DNA of 64,000 nt, taken from Eledone cirrhosa. Lineage: Eukaryota. The stretch spans positions 117,552,001 through 117,616,000 of the forward strand of contig OZ024743.1 of assembly GCA_964016885.1 (NCBI GenBank). Reading direction: 5' to 3'. A program made the position numbers and the translations under genes. A model generated the notes under the pieces. That model worked only from the letters and a program-made list of their open reading frames with translations, was not told the origin of the DNA and searched no databases. Positions 37,861-50,988 of this stretch are shown here, one piece after another; the stretch's first letter is position 1, and each line of letters starts with the position of its first letter.

Positions 37861-37933
37861 ATCCGGCTAGCTCAGTCGGTAGAGCAGGAGACACTTAATC
37901 TCAGAGTCCAGGGTTCGTGTCCAACGTTGGGTG
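37861..37933 (+). pseudogene. trnK: tRNA-Lys(CTT) pseudogene U31
   Basis: copy. Confidence 0.85.
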
Positions 37934-38328
37934 AAAATGGTATTGTTTCCATGATATGTTTTATAAAATTGACATTAATATTAATATTACGAAATAATTA
38001 TATGGTACATTCATGTATCATGATCAATTGATATTCACCCTAAATATCTAATAGCAAAGCGAAATTTTCAGTGAGTTTTCAAAGCATTCTTATATATTTA
38101 TGAAATTATTTTGCTATAGGTATGATATGAATTTACTAATATTAATTTTAGTATATAGAACATGCAACAGGAATAAGCAAGTTCAATTCAAATATTTATG
38201 TTTTACATATAAATTACTCGTTTCTAAATCATAAATGATTATATTTCTCGAAGTATTTGTTTAATATAAATATATTGTGGCGATAATGATGTAATTATGA
38301 CGTCAAATAGAGAGTCACTATCTGTACA

Positions 38329-38401
38329 GCCGAAATAGCTCAGTTGGGAGAGCGTTAGACTGAAAATCTAAAGGTACCCTGTTCAATCCCGGGTTTCGGC
38401 A
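38329..38401 (+). tRNA. trnF: tRNA-Phe(GAA) U31
   Basis: copy; G37A, C48A. Confidence 0.75.
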
Positions 38402-38707
38402 TGCAGACTTATTATTTTCTCAAATATTTCTAATGATTTTGATAGAGAACTATATATGATTTAAATAACAAATAATCGAATGGTTCCTTTGTCAGTCATC
38501 AAAAAGTCACTTTTATTTTAGTAGACACCAAATAATACCAACTATCAGCAAAACGTCATATAGTTCAGGTGTGTTTTTGAACATTTAGTTCCGATTCAAT
38601 AAAAGAGGAATATTAGACGACAATATCAGCTATTCAGTTTATCAATTCAAATAATGTGTTGAACATTCTAAACGAAACCGTCTATATATGAATGTATAGT
38701 AAGAGCT

Positions 38708-38713
38708 GTCTCT

Positions 38714-38747
<34 letters not shown>

Positions 38748-38781
38748 TGAAAGGTTGGTGGTTCAAGTCCACCCAGGGACG
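38708..38781 (+). tRNA. trnN: tRNA-Asn(GTT) U31
   Basis: copy; intact. Confidence 0.92.
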
Positions 38782-39119
38782 TAATAGTCTACTTTTGCTT
38801 TAGAAACATTACTAAAAAATCTGTATATTTAGGTTTACAGCTTGCATTCAGAATTATTTGTAACACTAATGCATGTTTCAATATATTAGCCTGATAAAAA
38901 TTAATTTTGCTTTACGTTACCTAAACCATTTCATCTCTACTGGATTGTATTTCACCAAAAATCTTCATATTTCTATCTTAAACGAACACTGATCATCATC
39001 TGATGGAACATATACAGTGTATGTTATAAAAAAAATTCAAAAGTTTTAACAATCTAAAGTAGATTATATTTATGTTTGTTTAAGTCCTTTCGTAAATATA
39101 CATTCAGCACGCACCATTG

Positions 39120-39192
39120 ATCCGGCTAGCTCAGTCGGTAGAGCAGGAGACACTTAATCTCAGAGTCCAGGGTTCGTGTCCAACGTTGGGTG
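39120..39192 (+). pseudogene. trnK: tRNA-Lys(CTT) pseudogene U32
   Basis: copy. Confidence 0.85.
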
Positions 39193-39587
39193 AAAATGGT
39201 ATTGTTTCCATGATATGTTTTATAAAATTGACATTAATATTAATATTACGAAATAATTATATGGTACATTCATGTATCATGAACAATTGATATTCACCCT
39301 AAATATCTAATTGCAAAGCGAAATTTTCAGTGACTTTTCAAAGCATTCTTATATATTTATGAAATTATTTTGCTATAGGTATGATATGAATTTACTAATA
39401 TTAATTTTAGTATATAGAACATGCAACAGGAATAAGCAAGTTCAATTCAAATATTTATGTTTTACAAAAAAATTACTCGTTTCTAAATCATATATGATTA
39501 TATTTCTCGAAGTATTTGTTTAATATAAATATATTGTGGCGATACTGATGTAATTATGACGTCAAATAGAGAGTCACTATCTGTACA

Positions 39588-39660
39588 GCCGAAATAGCTC
39601 AGTTGGGAGAGCGTTAGACTGAAGATCTAAAGGTCCCCTGTACAATCCCGGGTTTCGGCA
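39588..39660 (+). tRNA. trnF: tRNA-Phe(GAA) U32
   Basis: copy; T55A. Confidence 0.72.
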
Positions 39661-39966
39661 TGCAGACTTATTATTTTCTCAAATATTTCTAATGATTTTG
39701 ATAGAGAACTATATATGATTTAAATAACAAATAATCGAATGGTTCCTTTGTCAGTCATCAAAAAGTCACTTTTATTTTAGTAGACACCAAATAATACCAA
39801 CTATCAGCAAAACGTCATATAGTTCAGGTGTGTTTTTGAACATTTAGTTCAGATTCAATAAAAGAGGAATATTAGACGACAATATCAGCTATTCAGTTTA
39901 TCAATTCAAATAATGTGTTGAACATTCTAAACGAAACCGTCTATATATGAATGTATAGTAAGAGCT

Positions 39967-39972
39967 GTCTCT

Positions 39973-40006
<34 letters not shown>

Positions 40007-40040
40007 TGAAAGGTTGGTGGTTCAAGTCCACCCAGGGACG
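39967..40040 (+). tRNA. trnN: tRNA-Asn(GTT) U32
   Basis: copy; intact. Confidence 0.92.
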
Positions 40041-40378
40041 TAATAGTCTAGTTTTGCTTTAGAAACATTACTAAAGAATCTGTATATTTAGGTTTACAGC
40101 TTGCATTCAGAATTATTTGTAACACTAATACATGTTTCAATATATTAGCCTGATAAAGATTAATTTTGCTTTACGTTACCTAAACCATTTCATCTCTACT
40201 GGATTGTATTTCACCAAAAATCTTCATATTTCTATCTTAAACGAACACTGATCATCATCTGATGGAACATATACAGTGTATGTTATAAAAAAAATTCAAA
40301 TGTTTTAACAATCTAAAGTAGATTATATTTATGTTTGTTTAAGTTCTTTCGTAAATATACATTCAGCACGCACCATTG

Positions 40379-40451
40379 ATCCGGCTAGCTCAGTCGGTAG
40401 AGCAGGAGACACTTAATCTCAGAGTCCAGGGTTCGTGTCCAACGTTGGGTG
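40379..40451 (+). pseudogene. trnK: tRNA-Lys(CTT) pseudogene U33
   Basis: copy. Confidence 0.85.
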
Positions 40452-40846
40452 AAAATGGTATTGTTTCCATGATATGTTTTATAAAATTGACATTAATATT
40501 AATATTACGAAATAATTATATGGTACATTCATGTATCATGATCAATTGATATTCACCCTAAATGTCTAATAGCAAAGCGAAATTTTCAGTGAGTTTTCAA
40601 AGCATTCTTATATATTTATGAAATTATTTTGCTATAGGTATGATATGAATTTACTAATATTAATTTTAGTATATAGAACATGCAACAGGAATAAGCAAGT
40701 TCAATTCAAATATTTATGTTTTACATATAAATTACTCGTTTCTAAATCATAAATGATTATGTTTCTCGAAGTATTTGTTTAATATAAATATATTGTGGCG
40801 ATACTGATGTAATTATGACGTCAAATAGAGAGTCACTAGCTGTACA

Positions 40847-40919
40847 GCCGAAATAGCTCAGTTGGGAGAGCGTTAGACTGAAGATCTAAAGGTCCCCTGT
40901 TCAATCCCGGGTTTCGGCA
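40847..40919 (+). tRNA. trnF: tRNA-Phe(GAA) U33
   Basis: copy. Confidence 0.9.
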
Positions 40920-41225
40920 TGCAGACTTATTATTTTCTCAAATATTTCTAATGATTTTGATAGAGAACTATATATGATTTAAATAACAAATAATCGAATG
41001 GTTCCTTTGTCAGTCATCAAAAAGTCACTTTTATTTTAGTAGACACCAAATAATACCAACTATCAGCAAAACGTCATACAGTTCGGGTGTGTTTTTGAAC
41101 ATTTAGTTCCGATTCAATAAAAGAGGAATATTAGACGACAATATCAGCTATTCAGTTTATCAATTCAAATAATGTGTTGAACATTCTAAACGAAACCGTC
41201 TATATATGAATGTATAGTAAGAGCT

Positions 41226-41231
41226 GTCTCT

Positions 41232-41265
<34 letters not shown>

Positions 41266-41299
41266 TGAAAGGTTGGTGGTTCAAGTCCACCCAGGGACG
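41226..41299 (+). tRNA. trnN: tRNA-Asn(GTT) U33
   Basis: copy; intact. Confidence 0.92.
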
Positions 41300-41637
41300 T
41301 AATAGTCTACTTTTGCTTTAGAAACATTACTAAAAAATCTGTATATTTAGGTTTACAGCTTGCATTCAGAATTATTTGTAACACTAATACATGTTTCAAT
41401 ATATTAGCCTGATAAAGATTAATTTTGCTTTACGTTACCTAAACCATTTCATCTCTACTGGATTGTATTTCACCAAAAGTCTTCATATTTCTATCTTAAA
41501 CGAACACTGATCATCATCTGATGGAACATATAAAGTGTATGTTATAAAAAAAATTCAAAAGTTTTAACAATCTAAAGTAGATTATATTTATGTTTGTTTA
41601 AGTCCTTTCATAAATATACATTCAGCACGCACCATTG

Positions 41638-41709
41638 ATCTGGCTAGCTCAGTCGGTAGAGCAGGAGACACTTAATCTCAGAGTCCACGGTTCGTGTCCA
41701 CGTTGGGTG
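41638..41709 (+). pseudogene. trnK: tRNA-Lys(CTT) pseudogene U34
   Basis: copy; CACGG...CCAC type, 1-nt deletion. Confidence 0.85.
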
Positions 41710-42104
41710 AAAATGGTATTGTTTCCATGATATGTTTTATAAAATTGACATTAATATTAATATTACGAAATAATTATATGGTACATTCATGTATCATGAT
41801 CAATTGATATTCACCCTAAATGTCTAATAGCAAAGCGAAATTTTCAGTGAGTTTTCAAAGCATTCTTATATATTTATGAAATTATTTTGCTATAGGTATG
41901 ATATGAATTTACTAATATTAATTTTAGTATATAGAACATGCAACAGGAATAAGCAAGTTCAATTAAAATATTTATGTTTTACATATAAATTACTCGTTTC
42001 TAAATCATAAATGATTATATTTCTCGAAGTATTTGTTTAATATAAATATATTGTGGCGATACTGATGTAATTATGACGTCAAATAGAGAGTCACTAGCTG
42101 TACA

Positions 42105-42177
42105 GCCGAAATAGCTCAGTTGGGAGAGCGTTAGACTGAAAATCTAAAGGTCCCCTGTTCAATCCCGGGTTTCGGCA
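42105..42177 (+). tRNA. trnF: tRNA-Phe(GAA) U34
   Basis: copy; G37A. Confidence 0.82.
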
Positions 42178-42483
42178 TGCAGACTTATTATTTTCTCAAA
42201 TATTTCTAATGATTTTGATAGAGAACTATATATGATTTAAATAACAAATAATCGAATGGTTCCTTTGTCAGTCATCAAAAAGTCACTTTTATTTTAGTAG
42301 ACACCAAATAATACCAACTATCAGCAAAACGTCATATAGTTCAGGTGTGTTTTTGAACATTTAGTTCCGATTCAATAAAAGAGGAATATTAGACGACAAT
42401 ATCAGCTATTCAGTTTATCAATTCAAATAATGTGTTGAACATTCTAAACGAAACCGTCTATATATGAATGTATAGTAAGAGCT

Positions 42484-42489
42484 GTCTCT

Positions 42490-42522
<33 letters not shown>

Positions 42523-42557
42523 TTGAAAGGTTGGTGGTTCAAGTCCACCCAGGGACG
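42484..42557 (+). tRNA. trnN: tRNA-Asn(GTT) U34
   Basis: copy; C39T. Confidence 0.82.
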
Positions 42558-42895
42558 TAATAGTCTACTTTTGCTTTAGAAACATTACTAAAAAATCTGT
42601 ATATTTAGGTTTACAGCTTGCATTCAGAATTATTTGTAACACTAATGCATGTTTCAATATATTAGCCTGATAAAAATTAATTTTGCTTTACGTTACCTAA
42701 ACCATTTCATCTCTACTGGATTGTATTTCACCAAAAATCTTCATATTTCTATCTTAAACGAACACTGATCATCATCTGATGGAACATATACAGTGTATGT
42801 TATAAAAAAAATTCAAAAGTTTTAACAATCTAAAGTAGATTATATTTATGTTTGTTTAAGTCCTTTCGTAAATATACATTCAGCACGCAACATTG

Positions 42896-42968
42896 ATCCG
42901 GCTAGCTCAGTCGGTAGAGCAGGAGACACTTAATCTCAGAGTCCAGGGTTCGTGTCCAACGTTGGGTG
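42896..42968 (+). pseudogene. trnK: tRNA-Lys(CTT) pseudogene U35
   Basis: copy. Confidence 0.85.
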
Positions 42969-43363
42969 AAAATGGTATTGTTTCCATGATATGTTTTATA
43001 AAATTGACATTAATATTAATATTACGAAATAATTATATGGTACATTCATGTATCATGAACAATTGATATTCACCCTAAATATCTAATTGCAAAGCGAAAT
43101 TTTCAGTGACTTTTCAAAGCATTCTTATATATTTATGAAATTATTTTGCTATAGGTATGATATAAATTTACTAATATTAATTTTAGTATATAGAACATGC
43201 AACAGGAATAAGCAAGTTCAATTCAAATATTTATGTTTTACAAAAAAATTACTCGTTTCTAAATCATATATGATTATATTTCTCGAAGTATTTGTTTAAT
43301 ATAAATATATTGTGGCGATACTGATGTAATTATGACGTCAAATAGAGAGTCACTATCTGTACA

Positions 43364-43436
43364 GCCGAAATAGCTCAGTTGGGAGAGCGTTAGACTGAAG
43401 ATCTAAAGGTCCCCTGTACAATCCCGGGTTTCGGCA
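43364..43436 (+). tRNA. trnF: tRNA-Phe(GAA) U35
   Basis: copy; T55A. Confidence 0.72.
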
Positions 43437-43742
43437 TGCAGACTTATTATTTTCTCAAATATTTCTAATGATTTTGATAGAGAACTATATATGATTTAAA
43501 TAACAAATAATCGAATGGTTCCTTTGTCAGTCATCAAAAAGTCACTTTTATTTTAGTAGACACCAAATAATACCAACTATCAGCAAAACGTCATATAGTT
43601 CAGGTGTGTTTTTGAACATTTAGTTCAGATTCAATAAAAGAGGAATATTAGACGACAATATCAGCTATTCAGTTTATCAATTCAAATAATGTGTTGAACA
43701 TTCTAAACGAAACCGTCTATATATGAATGTATAGTAAGAGCT

Positions 43743-43748
43743 GTCTCT

Positions 43749-43782
<34 letters not shown>

Positions 43783-43816
43783 TGAAAGGTTGGTGGTTCA
43801 AGTCCACCCAGGGACG
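43743..43816 (+). tRNA. trnN: tRNA-Asn(GTT) U35
   Basis: copy; intact. Confidence 0.92.
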
Positions 43817-44154
43817 TAATAGTCTACTTTTGCTTTAGAAACATTACTAAAAAATCTGTATATTTAGGTTTACAGCTTGCATTCAGAATTATTTGTAACA
43901 CTAATACATGTTTCAATATATTAGCCTGATAAAGATTAATTTTGCTTTACGTTACCTAAACCATTTCATCTCTACTGGATTGTATTTCACCAAAAGTCTT
44001 CATATTTCTATCTTAAACGAACACTGATCATCATCTGATGGAACATATAAAGTGTATGTTATAAAAAAAATTCAAAAGTTTTAACAATCTAAAGTAGATT
44101 ATATTTATGTTTGTTTAAGTCCTTTCATAAATATACATTCAGCACGCACCATTG

Positions 44155-44226
44155 ATCTGGCTAGCTCAGTCGGTAGAGCAGGAGACACTTAATCTCAGAG
44201 TCCACGGTTCGTGTCCACGTTGGGTG
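44155..44226 (+). pseudogene. trnK: tRNA-Lys(CTT) pseudogene U36
   Basis: copy; 1-nt deletion type. Confidence 0.85.
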
Positions 44227-44621
44227 AAAATGGTATTGTTTCCATGATATGTTTTATAAAATTGACATTAATATTAATATTACGAAATAATTATATGGTA
44301 CATTCATGTATCATGATCAATTGATATTCACCCTAAATGTCTAATAGCAAAGCGAAATTTTCAGTGAGTTTTCAAAGCATTCTTATATATTTATGAAATT
44401 ATTTTGCTATAGGTATGATATGAATTTACTAATATTAATTTTAGTATATAGAACATGCAACAGGAATAAGCAAGTTCAATTAAAATATTTATGTTTTACA
44501 TATAAATTACTCGTTTCTAAATCATAAATGATTATATTTCTCGAAGTATTTGTTTAATATAAATATATTGTGGCGATACTGATGTAATTATGACGTCAAA
44601 TAGAGAGTCACTAGCTGTACA

Positions 44622-44694
44622 GCCGAAATAGCTCAGTTGGGAGAGCGTTAGACTGAAAATCTAAAGGTCCCCTGTTCAATCCCGGGTTTCGGCA
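44622..44694 (+). tRNA. trnF: tRNA-Phe(GAA) U36
   Basis: copy; G37A. Confidence 0.82.
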
Positions 44695-45000
44695 TGCAGA
44701 CTTATTATTTTCTCAAATATTTCTAATGATTTTGATAGAGAACTATATATGATTTAAATAACAAATAATCGAATGGTTCCTTTGTCAGTCATCAAAAAGT
44801 CACTTTTATTTTAGTAGACACCAAATAATACCAACTATCAGCAAAACGTCATATAGTTCAGGTGTGTTTTTGAACATTTAGTTCCGATTCAATAAAAGAG
44901 GAATATTAGACGACAATATCAGCTATTCAGTTTATCAATTCAAATAATGTGTTGAACATTCTAAACGAAACCGTCTATATATAAATGTATAGTAAGAGCT

Positions 45001-45006
45001 GTCTCT

Positions 45007-45040
<34 letters not shown>

Positions 45041-45074
45041 TGAAAGGTTGGTGGTTCAAGTCCACCCAGGGACG
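45001..45074 (+). tRNA. trnN: tRNA-Asn(GTT) U36
   Basis: copy; intact. Confidence 0.92.
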
Positions 45075-45412
45075 TAATAGTCTAGTTTTGCTTTAGAAAC
45101 ATTACTAAAGAATCTGTATATTTAGGTTTACATCTTGCATTCAGAATTATTTGTAACACTAATACATGTTTCAATATATTAGCCTGATAAAGATTAATTT
45201 TGCTTTACGTTACCTAAACCATTTCATCTCTACTGGATTGTATTTCACCAAAAATCTTCATATTTCTATCTTAAACGAACACTGATCATCATCTGATGGA
45301 ACATATACAGTGTATGTTATAAAAAAAATTCAAATGTTTTAACAATCTAAAGTAGATTATATTTATGTTTGTTTAAGTCCTTTCGTAAATATACATTCAG
45401 CACGCACCATTG

Positions 45413-45485
45413 ATCCGGCTAGCTCAGTCGGTACAGCAGGAGACACTTAATCTCAGAGTCCAGGGTTTGTGTCCAACGTTGGGTG
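45413..45485 (+). pseudogene. trnK: tRNA-Lys(CTT) pseudogene U37
   Basis: copy; G22C, C56T. Confidence 0.85.
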
Positions 45486-45880
45486 AAAATGGTATTGTTT
45501 CCATGATATGTTTTATAAAATTGACATTAATATTAATATTACGAAATAATTATATGGTACATTCATGTATCATGAACAATTGATATTCACCCTAAATATC
45601 TAATTGCAAAGCGAAATTTTCAGTGACTTTTCAAAGCATTCTTATATATTTATGAAATAATTTTGCTATAGGTATGATATGAATTTACTAATATTAATTT
45701 TAGTATATAGAACATGCAACAGGAATAAGCAAGTTCAATTCAAATATTTATGTTTTACAAAAAAATTACTCGTTTCTAAATCATATATGATTATATTTCT
45801 CGAAGTATTTGTTTAATATAAATATATTGTGGCGATACTGATGTAATTATGACGTCAAATAGAGAGTCACTATCTGTACA

Positions 45881-45953
45881 GCCGAAATAGCTCAGTTGGG
45901 AGAGCGTTAGACTGAAGATCTAAAGGTCCCCTGTACAATCCCGGGTTTCGGCA
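45881..45953 (+). tRNA. trnF: tRNA-Phe(GAA) U37
   Basis: copy; T55A. Confidence 0.72.
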
Positions 45954-46259
45954 TGCAGACTTATTATTTTCTCAAATATTTCTAATGATTTTGATAGAGA
46001 ACTATATATGATTTAAATAACAAATAATCGAATGGTTCCTTTGTCAGTCATCAAAAAGTCACTTTTATTTTAGTAGACACCAAATAATACCAACTATCAG
46101 CAAAACGTCATATAGTTCAGGTGTGTTTTTGAACATTTAGTTCAGATTCAATAAAAGAGGAATATTAGACGACAATATCAGCTATTCAGTTTATCAATTC
46201 AAATAATGTGTTGAACATTCTAAACGAAACCGTCTATATATGAATGTATAGTAAGAGCT

Positions 46260-46265
46260 GTCTCT

Positions 46266-46299
<34 letters not shown>

Positions 46300-46333
46300 T
46301 GAAAGGTTGGTGGTTCAAGTCCACCCAGGGACG
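46260..46333 (+). tRNA. trnN: tRNA-Asn(GTT) U37
   Basis: copy; intact. Confidence 0.92.
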
Positions 46334-46671
46334 TAATAGTCTAGTTTTGCTTTAGAAACATTACTAAAGAATCTGTATATTTAGGTTTACAGCTTGCATT
46401 CAGAATTATTTGTAACACTAATACATGTTTCAATATATTAGCCTGATAAAGATTAATTTTGCTTTACGTTACCTAAACCATTTCATCTCTACTGGATTGT
46501 ATTTCACCAAAAATCTTCATATTTCTATCTTAAACGAACACTGATCATCATCTGATGGAACATATACAGTGTATGTTATAAAAAAAATTCAAATGTTTTA
46601 ACAATCTAAAGTAGATTATATTTATGTTTGTTTAAGTTCTTTCGTAAATATACATTCAGCACGCACCATTG

Positions 46672-46744
46672 ATCCGGCTAGCTCAGTCGGTAGAGCAGGA
46701 GACACTTAATCTCAGAGTCCAGGGTTCGTGTCCAACGTTGGGTG
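46672..46744 (+). pseudogene. trnK: tRNA-Lys(CTT) pseudogene U38
   Basis: copy. Confidence 0.85.
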
Positions 46745-47139
46745 AAAATGGTATTGTTTCCATGATATGTTTTATAAAATTGACATTAATATTAATATTA
46801 CGAAATAATTATATGGTACATTCATGTATCATGATCAATTGATATTCACCCTAAATGTCTAATAGCAAAGCGAAATTTTCAGTGAGTTTTCAAAGCATTC
46901 TTATATATTTATGAAATTATTTTGCTATAGGTATGATATGAATTTACTAATATTAATTTTAGTATATAGAACATGCAACAGGAATAAGCAAGTTCAATTC
47001 AAATATTTATGTTTTACATATAAATTACTCGTTTCTAAATCATAAATGATTATGTTTCTCGAAGTATTTGTTTAATATAAATATATTGTGGCGATACTGA
47101 TGTAATTATGACGTCAAATAGAGAGTCACTAGCTGTACA

Positions 47140-47212
47140 GCCGAAATAGCTCAGTTGGGAGAGCGTTAGACTGAAGATCTAAAGGTCCCCTGTTCAATCC
47201 CGGGTTTCGGCA
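47140..47212 (+). tRNA. trnF: tRNA-Phe(GAA) U38
   Basis: copy. Confidence 0.9.
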
Positions 47213-47518
47213 TGCAGACTTATTATTTTCTCAAATATTTCTAATGATTTTGATAGAGAACTATATATGATTTAAATAACAAATAATCGAATGGTTCCTT
47301 TGTCAGTCATCAAAAAGTCACTTTTATTTTAGTAGACACCAAATAATACCAACTATCAGCAAAACGTCATACAGTTCGGGTGTGTTTTTGAACATTTAGT
47401 TCCGATTCAATAAAAGAGGAATATTAGACGACAATATCAGCTATTCAGTTTATCAATTCAAATAATGTGTTGAACATTCTAAACGAAACCGTCTATATAT
47501 GAATGTATAGTAAGAGCT

Positions 47519-47524
47519 GTCTCT

Positions 47525-47558
<34 letters not shown>

Positions 47559-47592
47559 TGAAAGGTTGGTGGTTCAAGTCCACCCAGGGACG
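47519..47592 (+). tRNA. trnN: tRNA-Asn(GTT) U38
   Basis: copy; intact. Confidence 0.92.
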
Positions 47593-47930
47593 TAATAGTC
47601 TACTTTTGCTTTAGAAACATTACTAAAAAATCTGTATATTTAGGTTTACAGCTTGCATTCAGAATTATTTGTAACACTAATACATGTTTCAATATATTAG
47701 CCTGATAAAGATTAATTTTGCTTTACGTTACCTAAACCATTTCATCTCTACTGGATTGTATTTCACCAAAAGTCTTCATATTTCTATCTTAAACGAACAC
47801 TGATCATCATCTGATGGAACATATAAAGTGTATGTTATAAAAAAAATTCAAAAGTTTTAACAATCTAAAGTAGATTATATTTATGTTTGTTTAAGTCCTT
47901 TCATAAATATACATTCAGCACGCACCATTG

Positions 47931-48002
47931 ATCTGGCTAGCTCAGTCGGTAGAGCAGGAGACACTTAATCTCAGAGTCCACGGTTCGTGTCCACGTTGGG
48001 TG
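47931..48002 (+). pseudogene. trnK: tRNA-Lys(CTT) pseudogene U39
   Basis: copy; 1-nt deletion type. Confidence 0.85.
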
Positions 48003-48397
48003 AAAATGGTATTGTTTCCATGATATGTTTTATAAAATTGACATTAATATTAATATTACGAAATAATTATATGGTACATTCATGTATCATGATCAATTGA
48101 TATTCACCCTAAATGTCTAATAGCAAAGCGAAATTTTCAGTGAGTTTTCAAAGCATTCTTATATATTTATGAAATTATTTTGCTATAGGTATGATATGAA
48201 TTTACTAATATTAATTTTAGTATATAGAACATGCAACAGGAATAAGCAAGTTCAATTAAAATATTTATGTTTTACATATAAATTACTCGTTTCTAAATCA
48301 TAAATGATTATATTTCTCGAAGTATTTGTTTAATATAAATATATTGTGGCGATACTGATGTAATTATGACGTCAAATAGAGAGTCACTAGCTGTACA

Positions 48398-48470
48398 GCC
48401 GAAATAGCTCAGTTGGGAGAGCGTTAGACTGAAAATCTAAAGGTCCCCTGTTCAATCCCGGGTTTCGGCA
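48398..48470 (+). tRNA. trnF: tRNA-Phe(GAA) U39
   Basis: copy; G37A. Confidence 0.82.
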
Positions 48471-48776
48471 TGCAGACTTATTATTTTCTCAAATATTTCT
48501 AATGATTTTGATAGAGAACTATATATGATTTAAATAACAAATAATCGAATGGTTCCTTTGTCAGTCATCAAAAAGTCACTTTTATTTTAGTAGACACCAA
48601 ATAATACCAACTATCAGCAAAACGTCATATAGTTCAGGTGTGTTTTTGAACATTTAGTTCCGATTCAATAAAAGAGGAATATTAGACGACAATATCAGCT
48701 ATTCAGTTTATCAATTCAAATAATGTGTTGAACATTCTAAACGAAACCGTCTATATATGAATGTATAGTAAGAGCT

Positions 48777-48782
48777 GTCTCT

Positions 48783-48815
<33 letters not shown>

Positions 48816-48850
48816 TTGAAAGGTTGGTGGTTCAAGTCCACCCAGGGACG
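48777..48850 (+). tRNA. trnN: tRNA-Asn(GTT) U39
   Basis: copy; C39T. Confidence 0.82.
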
Positions 48851-49188
48851 TAATAGTCTACTTTTGCTTTAGAAACATTACTAAAAAATCTGTATATTTA
48901 GGTTTACAGCTTGCATTCAGAATTATTTGTAACACTAATGCATGTTTCAATATATTAGACTGATAAAAATTAATTTTGCTTTACGTTACCTAAACCATTT
49001 CATCTCTACTGGATTGTATTTCACCAAAAATCTTCATATTTCTATCTTAAACGAACACTGATCATCATCTGATGGAACATATACAGTGTATGTTATAAAA
49101 AAAATTCAAAAGTTTTAACAATCTAAAGTAGATTATATTTATGTTTGTTTAAGTCCTTTCGTAAATATACATTCAGCACGCACCATTG

Positions 49189-49261
49189 ATCCGGCTAGCT
49201 CAGTCGGTAGAGCAGGAGACACTTAATCTCAGAGTCCAGGGTTCGTGTCCAACGTTGGGTG
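49189..49261 (+). pseudogene. trnK: tRNA-Lys(CTT) pseudogene U40
   Basis: copy. Confidence 0.85.
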
Positions 49262-49656
49262 AAAATGGTATTGTTTCCATGATATGTTTTATAAAATTGA
49301 CATTAATATTAATATTACGAAATAATTATATGGTACATTCATGTATCATGAACAATTAATATTCACCCTAAATATCTAATTGCAAAGCGAAATTTTCAGT
49401 GACTTTTCAAAGCATTCTTATATATTTATGAAATTATTTTGCTATAGGTATGATATAAATTTACTAATATTAATTTTAGTATATAGAACATGCAACAGGA
49501 ATAAGCAAGTTCAATTCAAATATTTATGTTTTACAAAAAAATTACTCGTTTCTAAATCATATATGATTATATTTCTCGAAGTATTTGTTTAATATAAATA
49601 TATTGTGGCGATACTGATGTAATTATGACGTCAAATAGAGAGTCACTATCTGTACA

Positions 49657-49729
49657 GCCGAAATAGCTCAGTTGGGAGAGCGTTAGACTGAAGATCTAAA
49701 GGTCCCCTGTACAATCCCGGGTTTCGGCA
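49657..49729 (+). tRNA. trnF: tRNA-Phe(GAA) U40
   Basis: copy; T55A. Confidence 0.72.
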
Positions 49730-50035
49730 TGCAGACTTATTATTTTCTCAAATATTTCTAATGATTTTGATAGAGAACTATATATGATTTAAATAACAAA
49801 TAATCGAATGGTTCCTTTGTCAGTCATCAAAAAGTCACTTTTATTTTAGTAGACACCAAATAATACCAACTATCAGCAAAACGTCATATAGTTCAGGTGT
49901 GTTTTTGAACATTTAGTTCAGATTCAATAAAAGAGGAATATTAGACGACAATATCAGCTATTCAGTTTATCAATTCAAATAATGTGTTGAACATTCTAAA
50001 CGAAACCGTCTATATATGAATGTATAGTAAGAGCT

Positions 50036-50041
50036 GTCTCT

Positions 50042-50075
<34 letters not shown>

Positions 50076-50109
50076 TGAAAGGTTGGTGGTTCAAGTCCAC
50101 CCAGGGACG
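50036..50109 (+). tRNA. trnN: tRNA-Asn(GTT) U40
   Basis: copy; intact. Confidence 0.92.
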
Positions 50110-50447
50110 TAATAGTCTAGTTTTGCTTTAGAAACATTACTAAAGAATCTGTATATTTAGGTTTACATCTTGCATTCAGAATTATTTGTAACACTAATAC
50201 ATGTTTCAATATATTAGCCTGATAAAGATTAATTTTGCTTTACGTTACCTAAACCATTTCATCTCTACTGGATTGTATTTCACCAAAAATCTTCATATTT
50301 CTATCTTAAACGAACACTGATCATCATCTGATGGAACATATACAGTGTATGTTATAAAAAAAATTCAAATGTTTTAACAATCTAAAGTAGATTATATTTA
50401 TGTTTGTTTAAGTCCTTTCGTAAATATACATTCAGCACGCACCATTG

Positions 50448-50520
50448 ATCCGGCTAGCTCAGTCGGTAGAGCAGGAGACACTTAATCTCAGAGTCCAGGG
50501 TTTGTGTCCAACGTTGGGTG
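50448..50520 (+). pseudogene. trnK: tRNA-Lys(CTT) pseudogene U41
   Basis: copy; C56T. Confidence 0.85.
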
Positions 50521-50915
50521 AAAATGGTATTGTTTCCATGATATGTTTTATAAAATTGACATTAATATTAATATTACGAAATAATTATATGGTACATTCA
50601 TGTATCATGAACAATTGATATTCACCCTAAATATCTAATTGCAAAGCGAAATTTTCAGTGAGTTTTCAAAGCATTCTTATATATTTATGAAATTATTTTG
50701 CTATAGGTATGATATGAATTTACTAATATTAATTTTAGTATATAGAACATGCAACAGGAATAAGCAAGTTCAATTCAAATATTTATGTTTTACAAAAAAA
50801 TTACTCGTTTCTAAATCATAAATGATTATATTTCTCGAAGTATTTGTTTAATATAAATATATTGTGGCGATACTGATGTAATTATGACGTCAAATAGAGA
50901 ATCACTAGCTGTACA

Positions 50916-50988
50916 GCCGAAATAGCTCAGTTGGGAGAGCGTTAGACTGAAGATCTAAAGGTCCCCTGTTCAATCCCGGGTTTCGGCA
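50916..50988 (+). tRNA. trnF: tRNA-Phe(GAA) U41
   Basis: copy. Confidence 0.9.
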
